Shown: piece by piece, positions 28,578 to 37,803 of the stretch
Numbering within the stretch: the stretch's first letter is position 1
Layout: every line of letters begins with the position of its first letter
NCBI GenBank assembly: GCA_965207075.1
Contig: CBDBLO010000002.1
Coordinates: 960,001-1,024,000, forward strand
DNA: 64,000 nucleotides
Direction: 5' to 3'
DNA from: Nitrosopumilus sp.
GTDB taxonomy: Archaea > Thermoproteota > Nitrososphaeria > Nitrososphaerales > Nitrosopumilaceae
Notes under the pieces: model-generated
Database searches by the model: none
What the model was told of the DNA's origin: nothing
The model's input: the letters and a program-made list of their open reading frames with translations, nothing else
Translations under genes and position numbers: made by a program

Positions 28578-29060
28578 ATGGGCGAGCAAAAGATTTCATC
28601 ACTGGTAACGGGCGGAGCCGCATCCGCGGGGCCTCCGCTTGGGCCCGCACTGGGCCCGCTCGGCGTGAACATAATGGAGGTTATCGGCGCCATCAACGAA
28701 AAGACAAAGGACTTTGAGGGCATGAAGGTGCCCGTGACGGTGGCCGTGGACAGCGACACAAAAAAGTACACGATAGAGATCGGCATCCCGTCTGCAGCTG
28801 CCCTCGTCATGAAGGAGGCCGGCATACAGAAGGGATCCGGCGCGTCCGGAACCGAGTGGGCCGGCGAGATTACCATGGACGCGGTTGCAAAGGTTGCAGG
28901 CACCAAGCTGGAGGCCTCTTACGCGTCGTCGCTAAAGTCGGTCGCAAAGACCGTCGTGGGGACGTGCCTTGCGCTCGGGGTCAAGATAGAGGGAAAGACC
29001 CCCAAGGAGATCACGGCCGAGATCGACGACGGCAAGTGGGATGAAAAGCTCGCCTCTTGA
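28578..29060 (+). CDS. rpl11: 50S ribosomal protein uL11
   Basis: GPPLGPALGPLG, GMKVPV, GTCLALG. Confidence 0.97.
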   Translation: MGEQKISSLVTGGAASAGPPLGPALGPLGVNIMEVIGAINEKTKDFEGMKVPVTVAVDSDTKKYTIEIGIPSAAALVMKEAGIQKGSGASGTEWAGEITMDAVAKVAGTKLEASYASSLKSVAKTVVGTCLALGVKIEGKTPKEITAEIDDGKWDEKLAS

Positions 29061-29150
29061 CATGCGGCTCGGGCCCTAGCGGCTGAAGTGCGGTGACGAC
29101 GGCAACAGCAGCGGCAGCAGCAATCACAAGTCCGTGCCGTGTACTGGCAT

Positions 29151-29615
29151 CTACTGGCGCCTCTCTATCAGATAGGCGGGATCCTTCTCCGTCTTTTGCA
29201 GCTCAACCAGCGTTTCCGTGCTCTGTATGCCCGATATCTTGCCGATCTTTTCTATCACTATGGAGTGGAGCTCCTCGAGGTTCCTTGCGTGCACCCTTAT
29301 CATGATGTCAAACCGCCCGGTAACCTCGGATATCGACTCGACCTCTTGCGCCTCCATCAGGCTGTCGTGTATGGACTCCTTGAGCTTTGGGTCGCGCTTT
29401 ATCCCCACCGATGCCCTCACCCCGATGCCGAGAAGGCTGTCGTCTATGATTATGGTGTATTTCTTGATAAGTCCCTTTTTGACAAGCCTCTTTATGCGGC
29501 TGTACAGCACCGACGTGCTGATGTCCATGCTTGATGCCAGTGCGGGGACGGAGACAGAACTGTCCGCAGCAAGCTCGTACAGGAGCCTCATGTCCAGGCT
29601 GTCAAACTGCTTCAA
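29151..29615 (-). CDS. Lrp/AsnC family transcriptional regulator
   Basis: DSLDMRLL..STSVLYSRIKRL..GLIKKY; VTGRFD RAM domain; TTG start inferred from TATA spacing. Confidence 0.92.
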   Translation of the reverse strand: MKQFDSLDMRLLYELAADSSVSVPALASSMDISTSVLYSRIKRLVKKGLIKKYTIIIDDSLLGIGVRASVGIKRDPKLKESIHDSLMEAQEVESISEVTGRFDIMIRVHARNLEELHSIVIEKIGKISGIQSTETLVELQKTEKDPAYLIERRQ

Positions 29616-29650
29616 TAATCGGCTTGAAAAGCCCGTGTTAATATACCTAG

Positions 29651-29681
29651 TTTTTTGCAAAAAATATCGGTTTTTTGCAAA
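29651..29681. promoter_or_regulatory. Putative operator: TTTTTTGCAAAAAA palindrome plus second copy 20 bp away
   Basis: Perfect 14-bp palindrome 29651-29664 and TTTTTTGCAAA at 29671-29681, just upstream of the Lrp TATA box. Confidence 0.6.
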
Positions 29682-29788
29682 TATTGACTGCCGCCAATGA
29701 TATCATTGGAATTCTTGCACAAATCCGCGCGTGTATACGGCTCAGGCCGTGCCGGACTGCAGACTGCAGACTGCAGGCGCGCCACGCC

Positions 29789-30397
29789 TCACTGCAGGGG
29801 GGCGCCGCCTTCACGCACTCCCGCGACTACGGATCTCATTCCGTCTATCGTGATTCTTGCGACGTCTATCTTTTTTCTGACGTCCTTGACGCTGTTGCCA
29901 TATACGGCAAAGCCTGCAAGCTCGTCGTACATCTCCACCGTAATTTCGAATATGCGCTCGGCCTCGCCGGTTTTGCCGGACCTCATCATGTCGAGCGTCA
30001 GGCGCTTCATCTCGCCTATGGCGTCAAGCAGTCCCAGCACGTACGGGACGTCTGCAACCCCGAGCATTCTGGGCGTGGGAATCCGTTTCTTGCGTACGAC
30101 GGCGATCAGGCAGGCGGCCTCTGTTATCTCCTGTTCCGGCACCGCGAGGTACTGCCGCAGCCCCCCCTTCCCCGCCTTTGCCTTGTATTTCTTGAGCAGT
30201 GCGCGCGCCTTGCCAAGCTGCCTTGCCCCCTGTTCCGTGTCGCCTCTGTGGACAGACACTATGGACCTGCTGCACAATCCTATGATCCCCCTTGCATTCT
30301 TTAGTAGGAACTCCCTGTCCGTGTGGTTCGTCTCGCACCCCTTCATTATGCGCGACAGCTCGGGTCCCGCGCTGCCCAGGGCCGTGCCATGCGCCAT
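29789..30397 (-). CDS. Translin/TRAX family protein
   Basis: QEITEA, YVLGLLDAIGEMKR, RKKIDVAR. Confidence 0.88.
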   Translation of the reverse strand: MAHGTALGSAGPELSRIMKGCETNHTDREFLLKNARGIIGLCSRSIVSVHRGDTEQGARQLGKARALLKKYKAKAGKGGLRQYLAVPEQEITEAACLIAVVRKKRIPTPRMLGVADVPYVLGLLDAIGEMKRLTLDMMRSGKTGEAERIFEITVEMYDELAGFAVYGNSVKDVRKKIDVARITIDGMRSVVAGVREGGAPLQ

Positions 30398-30727
30398 GCC
30401 GTTCTGAATTCTTGATGTGGAATAAACCTATTGGACGTGCGGGATCGTGCCGCTGCCCGGATGCGTAACAAGGAAGTGATTGCCGCTTTTCTCCACCCGC
30501 GGCCGGCTCTCTGCGCCGGGCCGGCGGGAGCGGGCAGGTGGCAGGCCTGCCAGTTGTCGGGCCGCCTGCAGAGATACATGCGGCGGTTCGAGGGCGCGGT
30601 CTGGAACCGTTCCGTCCGTGGCGCCACCGGTTCTGCCCATCTGCCCATCTGCCCACCCTAGATCGGGTCCCGGAGGTCTATAATCGTCACGGCCAACGGT
30701 TTTACACGATGGGATGGACGCGTTGGT

Positions 30728-31348
30728 ATGAGGTATGAGGCAAGGTCGTATGCGGACGTGGGCGAGATCATGCATGCCGTGATGACTGAGGTGCTGGCCG
30801 ACGGGTGGGAGCCCGATGTCATAGTGTCCGTGGAGCGCGGCGGGCGCGTGCCGGCCTGTATGGCCTTGGCGCACGCCAACACCGCGTGCGAGACGCCTGC
30901 CGAGCTGGCGCTGGTAAAGGCGTCAAAATACAGCGATTCCGGAAACGTCCTGCATGAGGTACGCGTAGACGAGATCAGGATGCCGCGGAGGGGCGCGTGC
31001 CGCATGCTGGTCGTCGACGACGTGCTCGAGACCGGCGATACGATGCGCGGCGTGGTGCGGAAACTGGACCGGTACGCGTCCGACATCCGTGTGGCTGCGG
31101 CGTTCAAAAAGTCGTCATACTCGGACAGGGACGTGATGGGGTACGCGGTGTACTGCGGCGAGGAGGTGGGTGACGACGTGTGGATCGTGCCGGAGTGGGA
31201 GGATGACGAATACCGGAAGCAGGAGGAGGCGTGCACACCACACCGGACTCGCGGGACTGGTGTCGGGGCGCGCCATGGAGCGACGCGGCGCCGACGACGA
31301 CGACGACAACGACGGGCGGACGGGCAGTCCGTAAACGGTTTTAAATAG
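30728..31348 (+). CDS. Type I phosphoribosyltransferase (purine salvage HGPRT/XGPRT-like)
   Basis: PDVIVSVERGG, PRPP loop LVVDDVLETGDTM, WIVPEWE. Confidence 0.85.
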   Translation: MRYEARSYADVGEIMHAVMTEVLADGWEPDVIVSVERGGRVPACMALAHANTACETPAELALVKASKYSDSGNVLHEVRVDEIRMPRRGACRMLVVDDVLETGDTMRGVVRKLDRYASDIRVAAAFKKSSYSDRDVMGYAVYCGEEVGDDVWIVPEWEDDEYRKQEEACTPHRTRGTGVGARHGATRRRRRRRQRRADGQSVNGFK

Positions 31349-31370
31349 GCACCATATCAGGCGTTGCGTA

Positions 31371-32039
31371 ATGATTGCCGAGGCGCAGCTTGCCGATTTG
31401 ATAAAGGGCGCAAAGGAGCCCGAGGGGCAGAAGAAGCGCAACTTTACCCAGTCCGTGGAGCTTGTAGTCGCATTCAAGGACATAGACGTCAAAAAGGGGT
31501 TCGCGATAAACGAGACCGTGCAGCTGCCAAAGACCAGCTCCCCCGCGTCGGTCTGCGTGATAGCGGGGGGCGACATGGGCCAAAAGGCCAAGCAGGCAAA
31601 CGCCGACGCGGTAGTGGGCGGCGACGAGCTTGACGGCTTTGCTGCAAACAAGCGCGAGTCGCGCAAGTTCATCAACAAGTACGACTTTTTCCTTGCCGAC
31701 ACGCAGATGATGCCCGCCGTCGGAAAGGCCCTGGGCCAGCTGCTCGGGCCCCGCGGAAAGATGCCGACCCCGGTACCGTTCAACGCTCCCATCGAGTCGT
31801 TTCTTGAGAGGTTCAGATCGTCGATCAGGGTGAGGACGCGCGCGTCGCTCTCGATATCGTGCAAGATTGGGGACGAGACCATGAGCGACGAGGACCTGGC
31901 GGTAAACGCCCATGCCGTGCTGGGGGCAATAGAGCGAAAGCTTCCAAACGGGGAGAAGAACATAAAGCGCGTGATGGTAAAGACCTCGATGGGCAGGCCG
32001 GTCAAGCAGGTACAGGAGGTCAAGAAGAGATTTGCATGA
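31371..32039 (+). CDS. rpl1: 50S ribosomal protein uL1
   Basis: KRNFTQSVEL, LGPRGKMP, KTSMG. Confidence 0.97.
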   Translation: MIAEAQLADLIKGAKEPEGQKKRNFTQSVELVVAFKDIDVKKGFAINETVQLPKTSSPASVCVIAGGDMGQKAKQANADAVVGGDELDGFAANKRESRKFINKYDFFLADTQMMPAVGKALGQLLGPRGKMPTPVPFNAPIESFLERFRSSIRVRTRASLSISCKIGDETMSDEDLAVNAHAVLGAIERKLPNGEKNIKRVMVKTSMGRPVKQVQEVKKRFA

Positions 32040-32898
32040 GAACAGGACCACATACTCGCCAAAGAAGACGCAGATGTATCAGCAGCTCCAGAGCCTTCCG
32101 AGGAGATACAGGGTGCTGGCGCTCGTAAAGCTTGACAAGGTGCGGGGGGCGCAGATACTGCCGCTGCGCAAGACCCTCAAGGACGACGTGCTGTTTGTGA
32201 ACATAAAGGACAGGGTGGCAAAAAAGGCGCTCCAGGGGCTAGACATGCCCGGCATTGCCGGGATTGCAAAGGAGCTCGTGGGCCAGTGCATGCTGATGTT
32301 CACCGACATGTCGCCGTTCCGCCTCAACATGCTGCTCGGCAAGAACAAGATAATGATGGCCGCGCGCGGCGGGGACACCTCCAGCATGGACGTGGTGGTG
32401 CCCGAGATGAATACGGGGATCGCGCCCGGTCCCATGCTTACGGAGTTCAAGGAGGCCGGCATACCCACGAAGATAGACCAGGGCACGATATGGATATCAA
32501 AGGACACGACGCCCGTGCACAAGGGCGAGGTGATAAACGACAAGCTCGCGTCCATACTGGGCAAGCTTGACATAAAGCCCGTGGAGGCCGGCATATCGCT
32601 TTACGCGGCGCTCGAGGACGGGCTGGTATACGCCGAGGACGACCTGACGATAGACGTGGAGGCGTTCCGCGACTCTGTAATTGCGGCGCACCGGGAGGCG
32701 CTCTCGCTGTCGGTGGAGGCGGCCTATGTGACTCCGGAGAACGCCGCGCAGATACTTGCAAAGGCCTCGCAGCATGCGCGCTCGCTGTCAGTCGAGTCCG
32801 GATATCTCACGGACGAGACCCGGGAGCAGGTGCTGCAGAGGGCCGACGCCCGGGCAAGGGCCCTCGCGCAGAGCGCAGAAGGGTACGAGCCACAGTAG
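32032..32898 (+). CDS. rpl10: 50S ribosomal protein uL10 (P0)
   Basis: NTGIAPGP, GIPTKI, KLDIKP. Confidence 0.96.
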   Translation: MHENRTTYSPKKTQMYQQLQSLPRRYRVLALVKLDKVRGAQILPLRKTLKDDVLFVNIKDRVAKKALQGLDMPGIAGIAKELVGQCMLMFTDMSPFRLNMLLGKNKIMMAARGGDTSSMDVVVPEMNTGIAPGPMLTEFKEAGIPTKIDQGTIWISKDTTPVHKGEVINDKLASILGKLDIKPVEAGISLYAALEDGLVYAEDDLTIDVEAFRDSVIAAHREALSLSVEAAYVTPENAAQILAKASQHARSLSVESGYLTDETREQVLQRADARARALAQSAEGYEPQ

Positions 32899-32979
32899 GG
32901 CCGCCGTGGATCCTAGTTCCGGACGCCTGCATTCCTACCGACCTCGTGCATCTCCGCTCCTCCCACTCTCATACGACGG

Positions 32980-33417
32980 TCACACCGCCAGCCGGGGATT
33001 CCTTCTCATGTGCTCTGATATGGTCCTGTAGTCCGACGCGGATATGGGCCTGCCGTAGTTTGCAAGCCCGCCGTGCAGGTGCAGCCCCACCCACCTGCTC
33101 TTTTTTGCAAGGTGCAGTGACGGCAGCATGCCCCGTATGGTCGCGGTCCCCGCCCTGACGCTCCTCATGCCCGCCTCGTCCGTAACGCGGACGGGCCACC
33201 TGCACGTGGGCTCGCGCCATTTTCCCGAGACCTCGAATATGCCGTTGAACCTGCCGGTGCCAAGCACGTAGAACGCGACGCGGTCTCCTCTCCTTATCTT
33301 GGAGATCTCCGGCACCGACGCGGTCGCGTACGCCCCGTTCCTCTCTATCGCGCGCCACATGCTGGGCGCCACTGAGAGTATCCATCTTCTTGCCCCGCCC
33401 TTGCCACCTGCAGGCAT
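32980..33417 (-). CDS. EVE (PUA-like) domain protein
   Basis: WILS..W..KIRRGDRVAFYV..FNGIFEV..WP..L..PISASDY is an EVE/DUF55-like pattern. Confidence 0.65.
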   Translation of the reverse strand: MPAGGKGGARRWILSVAPSMWRAIERNGAYATASVPEISKIRRGDRVAFYVLGTGRFNGIFEVSGKWREPTCRWPVRVTDEAGMRSVRAGTATIRGMLPSLHLAKKSRWVGLHLHGGLANYGRPISASDYRTISEHMRRNPRLAV

Positions 33418-33532
33418 TGCACGTCATGGGTGCGTCCAGACTTTAAGGATGCTGATACGGCAGGCCTGCACGCCTGTGAAAAGGCTCCACGCGCCATTAG
33501 GTTGTGATAAATGAGTGTGTTTGTGGCGGTCG

Positions 33533-33847
33533 TCATCCAAAGAGTGATGAGAGTCCTTCCATGGCGGCCTCTTCAGTCTTGCCCTCTTCCTTTTTCTCTT
33601 CTTCCTTGGGGGCTTCGGCTGCCTCGCCTGCATCTGCCGCTCCCGCAGCAGGTGCAGCCGCAACTGCCGCGACCGGGGCTGCCTTTACGGCCTCGTCAAT
33701 GTCGACGTCTGCCAGGGCAGCCACTAGGGACTTTACCTGTGCCTCGTTGACCTCTGCGCCCGACGCCTTTATGACAGAACTGACGTTCTCCTCGCTTACA
33801 TCCTTTTGGAGCTTGTGGAGGAGCAATGCCGCATAGACGTATTCCAT
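33533..33847 (-). CDS. rpl12: 50S ribosomal stalk protein P1 (aL12)
   Basis: [11 protein letters not shown], acidic tail, GLSSLFG. Confidence 0.97.
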   Translation of the reverse strand: MEYVYAALLLHKLQKDVSEENVSSVIKASGAEVNEAQVKSLVAALADVDIDEAVKAAPVAAVAAAPAAGAADAGEAAEAPKEEEKKEEGKTEEAAMEGLSSLFG

Positions 33848-33908
33848 GTGTGTGGGGCGACGGAGGACGTTATATAAAATTATAGTGGGCGGCTCGGGGG
33901 GGGGGGAG

Positions 33909-34445
33909 TCAGTTGAGTATCTTCAGGCTCCTGCATACAGAGTATAGGGTGCGCTTTAGATGTTTGTCAGTCAGGGTGTCCATGCGGTGCTTTAGCACGC
34001 GCTTTGCCTCGTCCCTCTCGGGGCCAGGCGGCAGTGAGAGCACCTTGTTGAGGAGTTCTGGCAGAAACTCGCGGACCCACCCGTCAAGCATCAGGTATAT
34101 GCGTGGGGGTATAATGTCGCACTTGTCCTCGTCAAGGTTCAGTATCTCGTTGAAGGTCTCGTACTCGACCCTGTAGATGAGCGCCAGTACTATGTTGTCG
34201 GGGGTCGGGTTAGTGAGTATCTCCCTTGAGCGCTCGCCCGTCTTGCCCTGCGCAAGCTTGTTCTTGAGGCCCACCGGGTTGACTATGATCCCGTTGATGC
34301 CTATCCTGCGGCCGTCCATGCCGGTGACCGTCCCGACCACAAAGTCCTTGAACTCGCCGTTCTGCCTGACTGAGAATATGTTTGTGCCCTCCTCAAGCTT
34401 TTTTGGACCCTTGCCGAACATGAGTCTGCTGCGCCTGCTGGACAT
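33909..34445 (-). CDS. Conserved hypothetical protein
   Basis: 178-aa globular ORF; start at 34445 or the downstream Met. Confidence 0.75.
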   Translation of the reverse strand: MSSRRSRLMFGKGPKKLEEGTNIFSVRQNGEFKDFVVGTVTGMDGRRIGINGIIVNPVGLKNKLAQGKTGERSREILTNPTPDNIVLALIYRVEYETFNEILNLDEDKCDIIPPRIYLMLDGWVREFLPELLNKVLSLPPGPERDEAKRVLKHRMDTLTDKHLKRTLYSVCRSLKILN

Positions 34446-34506
34446 TTAAAATTTGAGAATGTGCACTCTGCTTGGCGTATGGGCATAGATCAGGCACTCG
34501 ACTACC

Positions 34507-34553
34507 GCCGCTGCTGCGTGCCTGCCGCTGCTGCGTGCCTGCCGCTGCTGCGT
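34507..34553. repeat. 17-bp tandem repeat (GCCGCTGCTGCGTGCCT x2.8)
   Basis: Copies start at 34507, 34524 and 34541. Confidence 0.85.
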
Positions 34554-34699
34554 ATGCCGCTACATCTGGCGATGATCTGATAATGGCAATTGGCACGGCG
34601 CGCTGTCTGCGGTCTTGCAGCAATGTCGTTGCCGACACACGCTGCCGACACGCACCTGCAAATTGACGGTATTAATACCGGGCGGCGGCAGCTGGGCTG

Positions 34700-37663
34700 T
34701 TGGATGGCAAAAAGGCCGAGATTCTGAGAGAGTTCTCCTCCGAGCCGGGCAGGTACTACGCCGTGGAGCTGTTCGCAGACGCCGGCTTTGCACGCGTGCC
34801 GTGTGACGTGTGCGGCAGGTTCTTCTGGACGCTTGACGCGTCGCGCACTCGGTGCCCCGACGACGCCGCCGACACGTACTCGTTTATCGGGGATCCCCCG
34901 ACCGCGCGCAGGTTCGACTACGCCCAGGCCTGGGAGCAGGTGCGCGCCTATTTTGAGGCCAACGGTCACGCCGCAATCGGAAGGTACCCAGTGGTGTGCC
35001 GCTGGCGCGACGACCTCTACTTTACGATAGCGTCGATCGTGGACTTTCAGCGGGTGATGGGCTCCAAGGTGGTGTTCGAGTTTCCGGCAAACCCGCTAGT
35101 GGTGCCGCAGACCTGCCTGCGGTTCAAGGATCTGGAGAACGTGGGGGTTACGGGCAGGCACTTTTCCAGCTTCTGCATGGTGGGGCAGCACAGCGTGCCG
35201 GACATGGACGGCGGATACTGGAAGGACGAGTGCATCCGCCTCGACTATGGCATGCTCACGGGGCCGTTCGGCATCGCGCCGGAGGAGATCGTATTCGTCG
35301 AGGACGTGTGGGCCGGCGGCGGCTCGTTTGGGCCGTCCCTCGAGTATTTTGTCAGGGGGCTTGAGCTTGGAAACGCGGTGTTTACAGAGTTTCAGGGCGA
35401 GCTTGGGCGCCACACCACCCTTGACAGGCGCATAATAGACATGGGGGCGGGACTGGAGCGCCTTGCGTGGATCACCATGGGGACCCCCACCGCATACGAC
35501 TGCTGCTTTGGCGGGGTCGACACCCTGATACGGAACGCGCTCGGCATTCCGGACGCGGATCCCGGGATGCTCGGGAACTATTACACGGAGGTCGCAAAGA
35601 CGCTTGACCGGTTCGACGATCTCTGGGACGTGAGGAGGCGCGCCATGCGGGGGGCCGGCATATCCGACCGCGAGGCCTCGCAGGTGATAGGGCCCTTGGA
35701 GGACTCTTACATGATCGCCGATCACGTGCGCACCCTGATATTTGCAATATCCGACGGTGCGCTCCCAAGCAACGTGGGCGGGGGGTACAACCTGCGCATG
35801 ATGATACGCCGGATAGGCGAGCGCATGCGCAGGCTCGGCGGCGCGTCGGGCGCGGTGGATCTGGACCGCCTGGTGGACGCACACATCGACTATCTGCGCG
35901 GGACATACCCGGAGCTGGACTCCAAGCGCGACGACATAAAGCAGATACTGCGCATCGAGACGGGGCGGTACGCCGAGTCACGCTCCATGATGCAGAAAAA
36001 GGTCGCAAAGGTGCAGAGGCGCGGGGGCCCTCCCGACGCGAAGGCCCTTGTCGTGCTGTACGACTCTGACGGGATAACCCCCGAGTACCTCGTCGAGCAG
36101 GGCGTCATATCCGAGGTGCCGTCGGACTTTTACTCCCGCATATCGGAGATGCACCAGTCGGAGAGAGGCGCCAAGGACGATGCCACCGCCGCAGATGTCC
36201 CGGACGGAATCCCGGACACGGAGCTGCTGTATTACAGCGACGATCCGCGCGAGTTTGAGGCCACCGTGCTGTGGTCGCGCGGGAACGTGGTGGTGCTAGA
36301 CCGCACCTCGTTTTACGCGCGCGGCGGGGGGCAGGAGCCGGACCACGGCACTATAGACGGCCGCGCAGTGACAGACGTCCAAAACCACGCGGGCGTAATA
36401 CTACACGTGCTTGAAGACGGCGGCGGCGACGACGACGGAGGTGAAACTATGACAACAGCAACAGCAGTAGCAGCGGCAGCAGCATCTGCCACCCCCGCTC
36501 CAAATGCAGGCAGCCGCGTCAGGTGCGTGGTTGACTCGGCCCGGCGCGACGCCATCACCAAGCACCATACGTCCACGCACATACTCAACACGTCTTCGCG
36601 CCGCATACTGGGCTCGTGGGTGTGGCAGCACTCTGCATTCAAGGATGCGGACCACGCCCGGCTCGATATCACACACCACTCGCCGCTCTCCGGACAGCAG
36701 GTGCAGGATATAGAGGACGCGGCCAACGCGATGGTGTCTGACAACCTGCCGGTCTCCATCAGCTACATGGAGCGCGGTGAGGCCGAGCAGAGGTACGGGT
36801 TCAGCATATACCAGGGAGGGGTCGTCCCCGTCAAGGCGGTCCGGATCGTGTCGATATCCGACGTGGACATAGAGGCGTGCGGCGGGACGCACGTGCCGGA
36901 GACGGGGCGCATCAAGAAGATCAGGATAACGCGCACAAAGCGCATACAGGACGGCGTGGTGAGGCTAGAGTTCGTGTCCGGGGACGCCGCATACCGGTAC
37001 GAGGCCGAGCAGAGGCGCGCGGCAGAAGAGGAGCAAAGGGACGCGGCCATCAGGGAGGAGACCCGGCGCAGGCGCGACTCGAGCAAGGAGGAGGCCCGCA
37101 AGGCGATACCCGGCATCATGCGCGCCGTAAACGAGGCGGCTGCGGCCGCCATGTCCGGTGCCGCGGAGGGCGACGCGGCCGCAAACGGCATAACTGCGAT
37201 CGACGCGCCCGAGGGCGTGCGCGTATTCGTGGGATGGCCCGCGCCGAATGAGCGGACCGACGGCCGCGATGACACGTCCTCCGAATCCCCGTCCGTCGGG
37301 CGGGCAGATGACCGTGTCGTAGCGTGCGTGGTGCGCGACACGGAGCGCGGCGAGCACTTTCACACGAGCCTCGGCAAGAGGATGGCAAAGGAGATGCCGT
37401 ACTCTGCATACGTGGGATTCTTTGCGGCGGGGCCCACGGTGCGCGTCGTTGCATATGCGGGCGCCGGCGCCGTGTCGCGTGGCATCGACGCCTCTGAAAT
37501 CGCGGCAGCAGCGTCCGCCGTCCTGGGGGGTGGCTCGAGCCGCAACGACGCCGCGTTCTCGCAGGGCGGCGGCACGAACACCTCGAGCATCGAGGAGGCC
37601 GCCGGGGCCGCCGAGTCTGCCATACGCGGCATGCTGTCGGGGGCCGTCGCCGGTGACCCGTGA
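34700..37663 (+). CDS. alaS: Alanine--tRNA ligase (archaeal type)
   Basis: GLELGNAVF, IDMGAGLER, ADHVRT, editing HTSTH and CGGTH, C-terminal DHHA1. Confidence 0.97.
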   Translation: MDGKKAEILREFSSEPGRYYAVELFADAGFARVPCDVCGRFFWTLDASRTRCPDDAADTYSFIGDPPTARRFDYAQAWEQVRAYFEANGHAAIGRYPVVCRWRDDLYFTIASIVDFQRVMGSKVVFEFPANPLVVPQTCLRFKDLENVGVTGRHFSSFCMVGQHSVPDMDGGYWKDECIRLDYGMLTGPFGIAPEEIVFVEDVWAGGGSFGPSLEYFVRGLELGNAVFTEFQGELGRHTTLDRRIIDMGAGLERLAWITMGTPTAYDCCFGGVDTLIRNALGIPDADPGMLGNYYTEVAKTLDRFDDLWDVRRRAMRGAGISDREASQVIGPLEDSYMIADHVRTLIFAISDGALPSNVGGGYNLRMMIRRIGERMRRLGGASGAVDLDRLVDAHIDYLRGTYPELDSKRDDIKQILRIETGRYAESRSMMQKKVAKVQRRGGPPDAKALVVLYDSDGITPEYLVEQGVISEVPSDFYSRISEMHQSERGAKDDATAADVPDGIPDTELLYYSDDPREFEATVLWSRGNVVVLDRTSFYARGGGQEPDHGTIDGRAVTDVQNHAGVILHVLEDGGGDDDGGETMTTATAVAAAAASATPAPNAGSRVRCVVDSARRDAITKHHTSTHILNTSSRRILGSWVWQHSAFKDADHARLDITHHSPLSGQQVQDIEDAANAMVSDNLPVSISYMERGEAEQRYGFSIYQGGVVPVKAVRIVSISDVDIEACGGTHVPETGRIKKIRITRTKRIQDGVVRLEFVSGDAAYRYEAEQRRAAEEEQRDAAIREETRRRRDSSKEEARKAIPGIMRAVNEAAAAAMSGAAEGDAAANGITAIDAPEGVRVFVGWPAPNERTDGRDDTSSESPSVGRADDRVVACVVRDTERGEHFHTSLGKRMAKEMPYSAYVGFFAAGPTVRVVAYAGAGAVSRGIDASEIAAAASAVLGGGSSRNDAAFSQGGGTNTSSIEEAAGAAESAIRGMLSGAVAGDP

Positions 37664-37803
37664 GCGCCGCCCACGGTGAACGCAATGATGACATTATACT
37701 GGGGGCGTAATGGTAATGACGACAATGGCAATGGTAATAATGACTGATCCGAGCGCCACAACTACAGTGATAAAACGCGGATCTGGACGGAGGATCGTAC
37801 GGA

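Noticed and set aside
17271-34553. Short tandem repeats considered as CRISPR arrays
   Set aside because: No unique spacers, units too short and no cas genes
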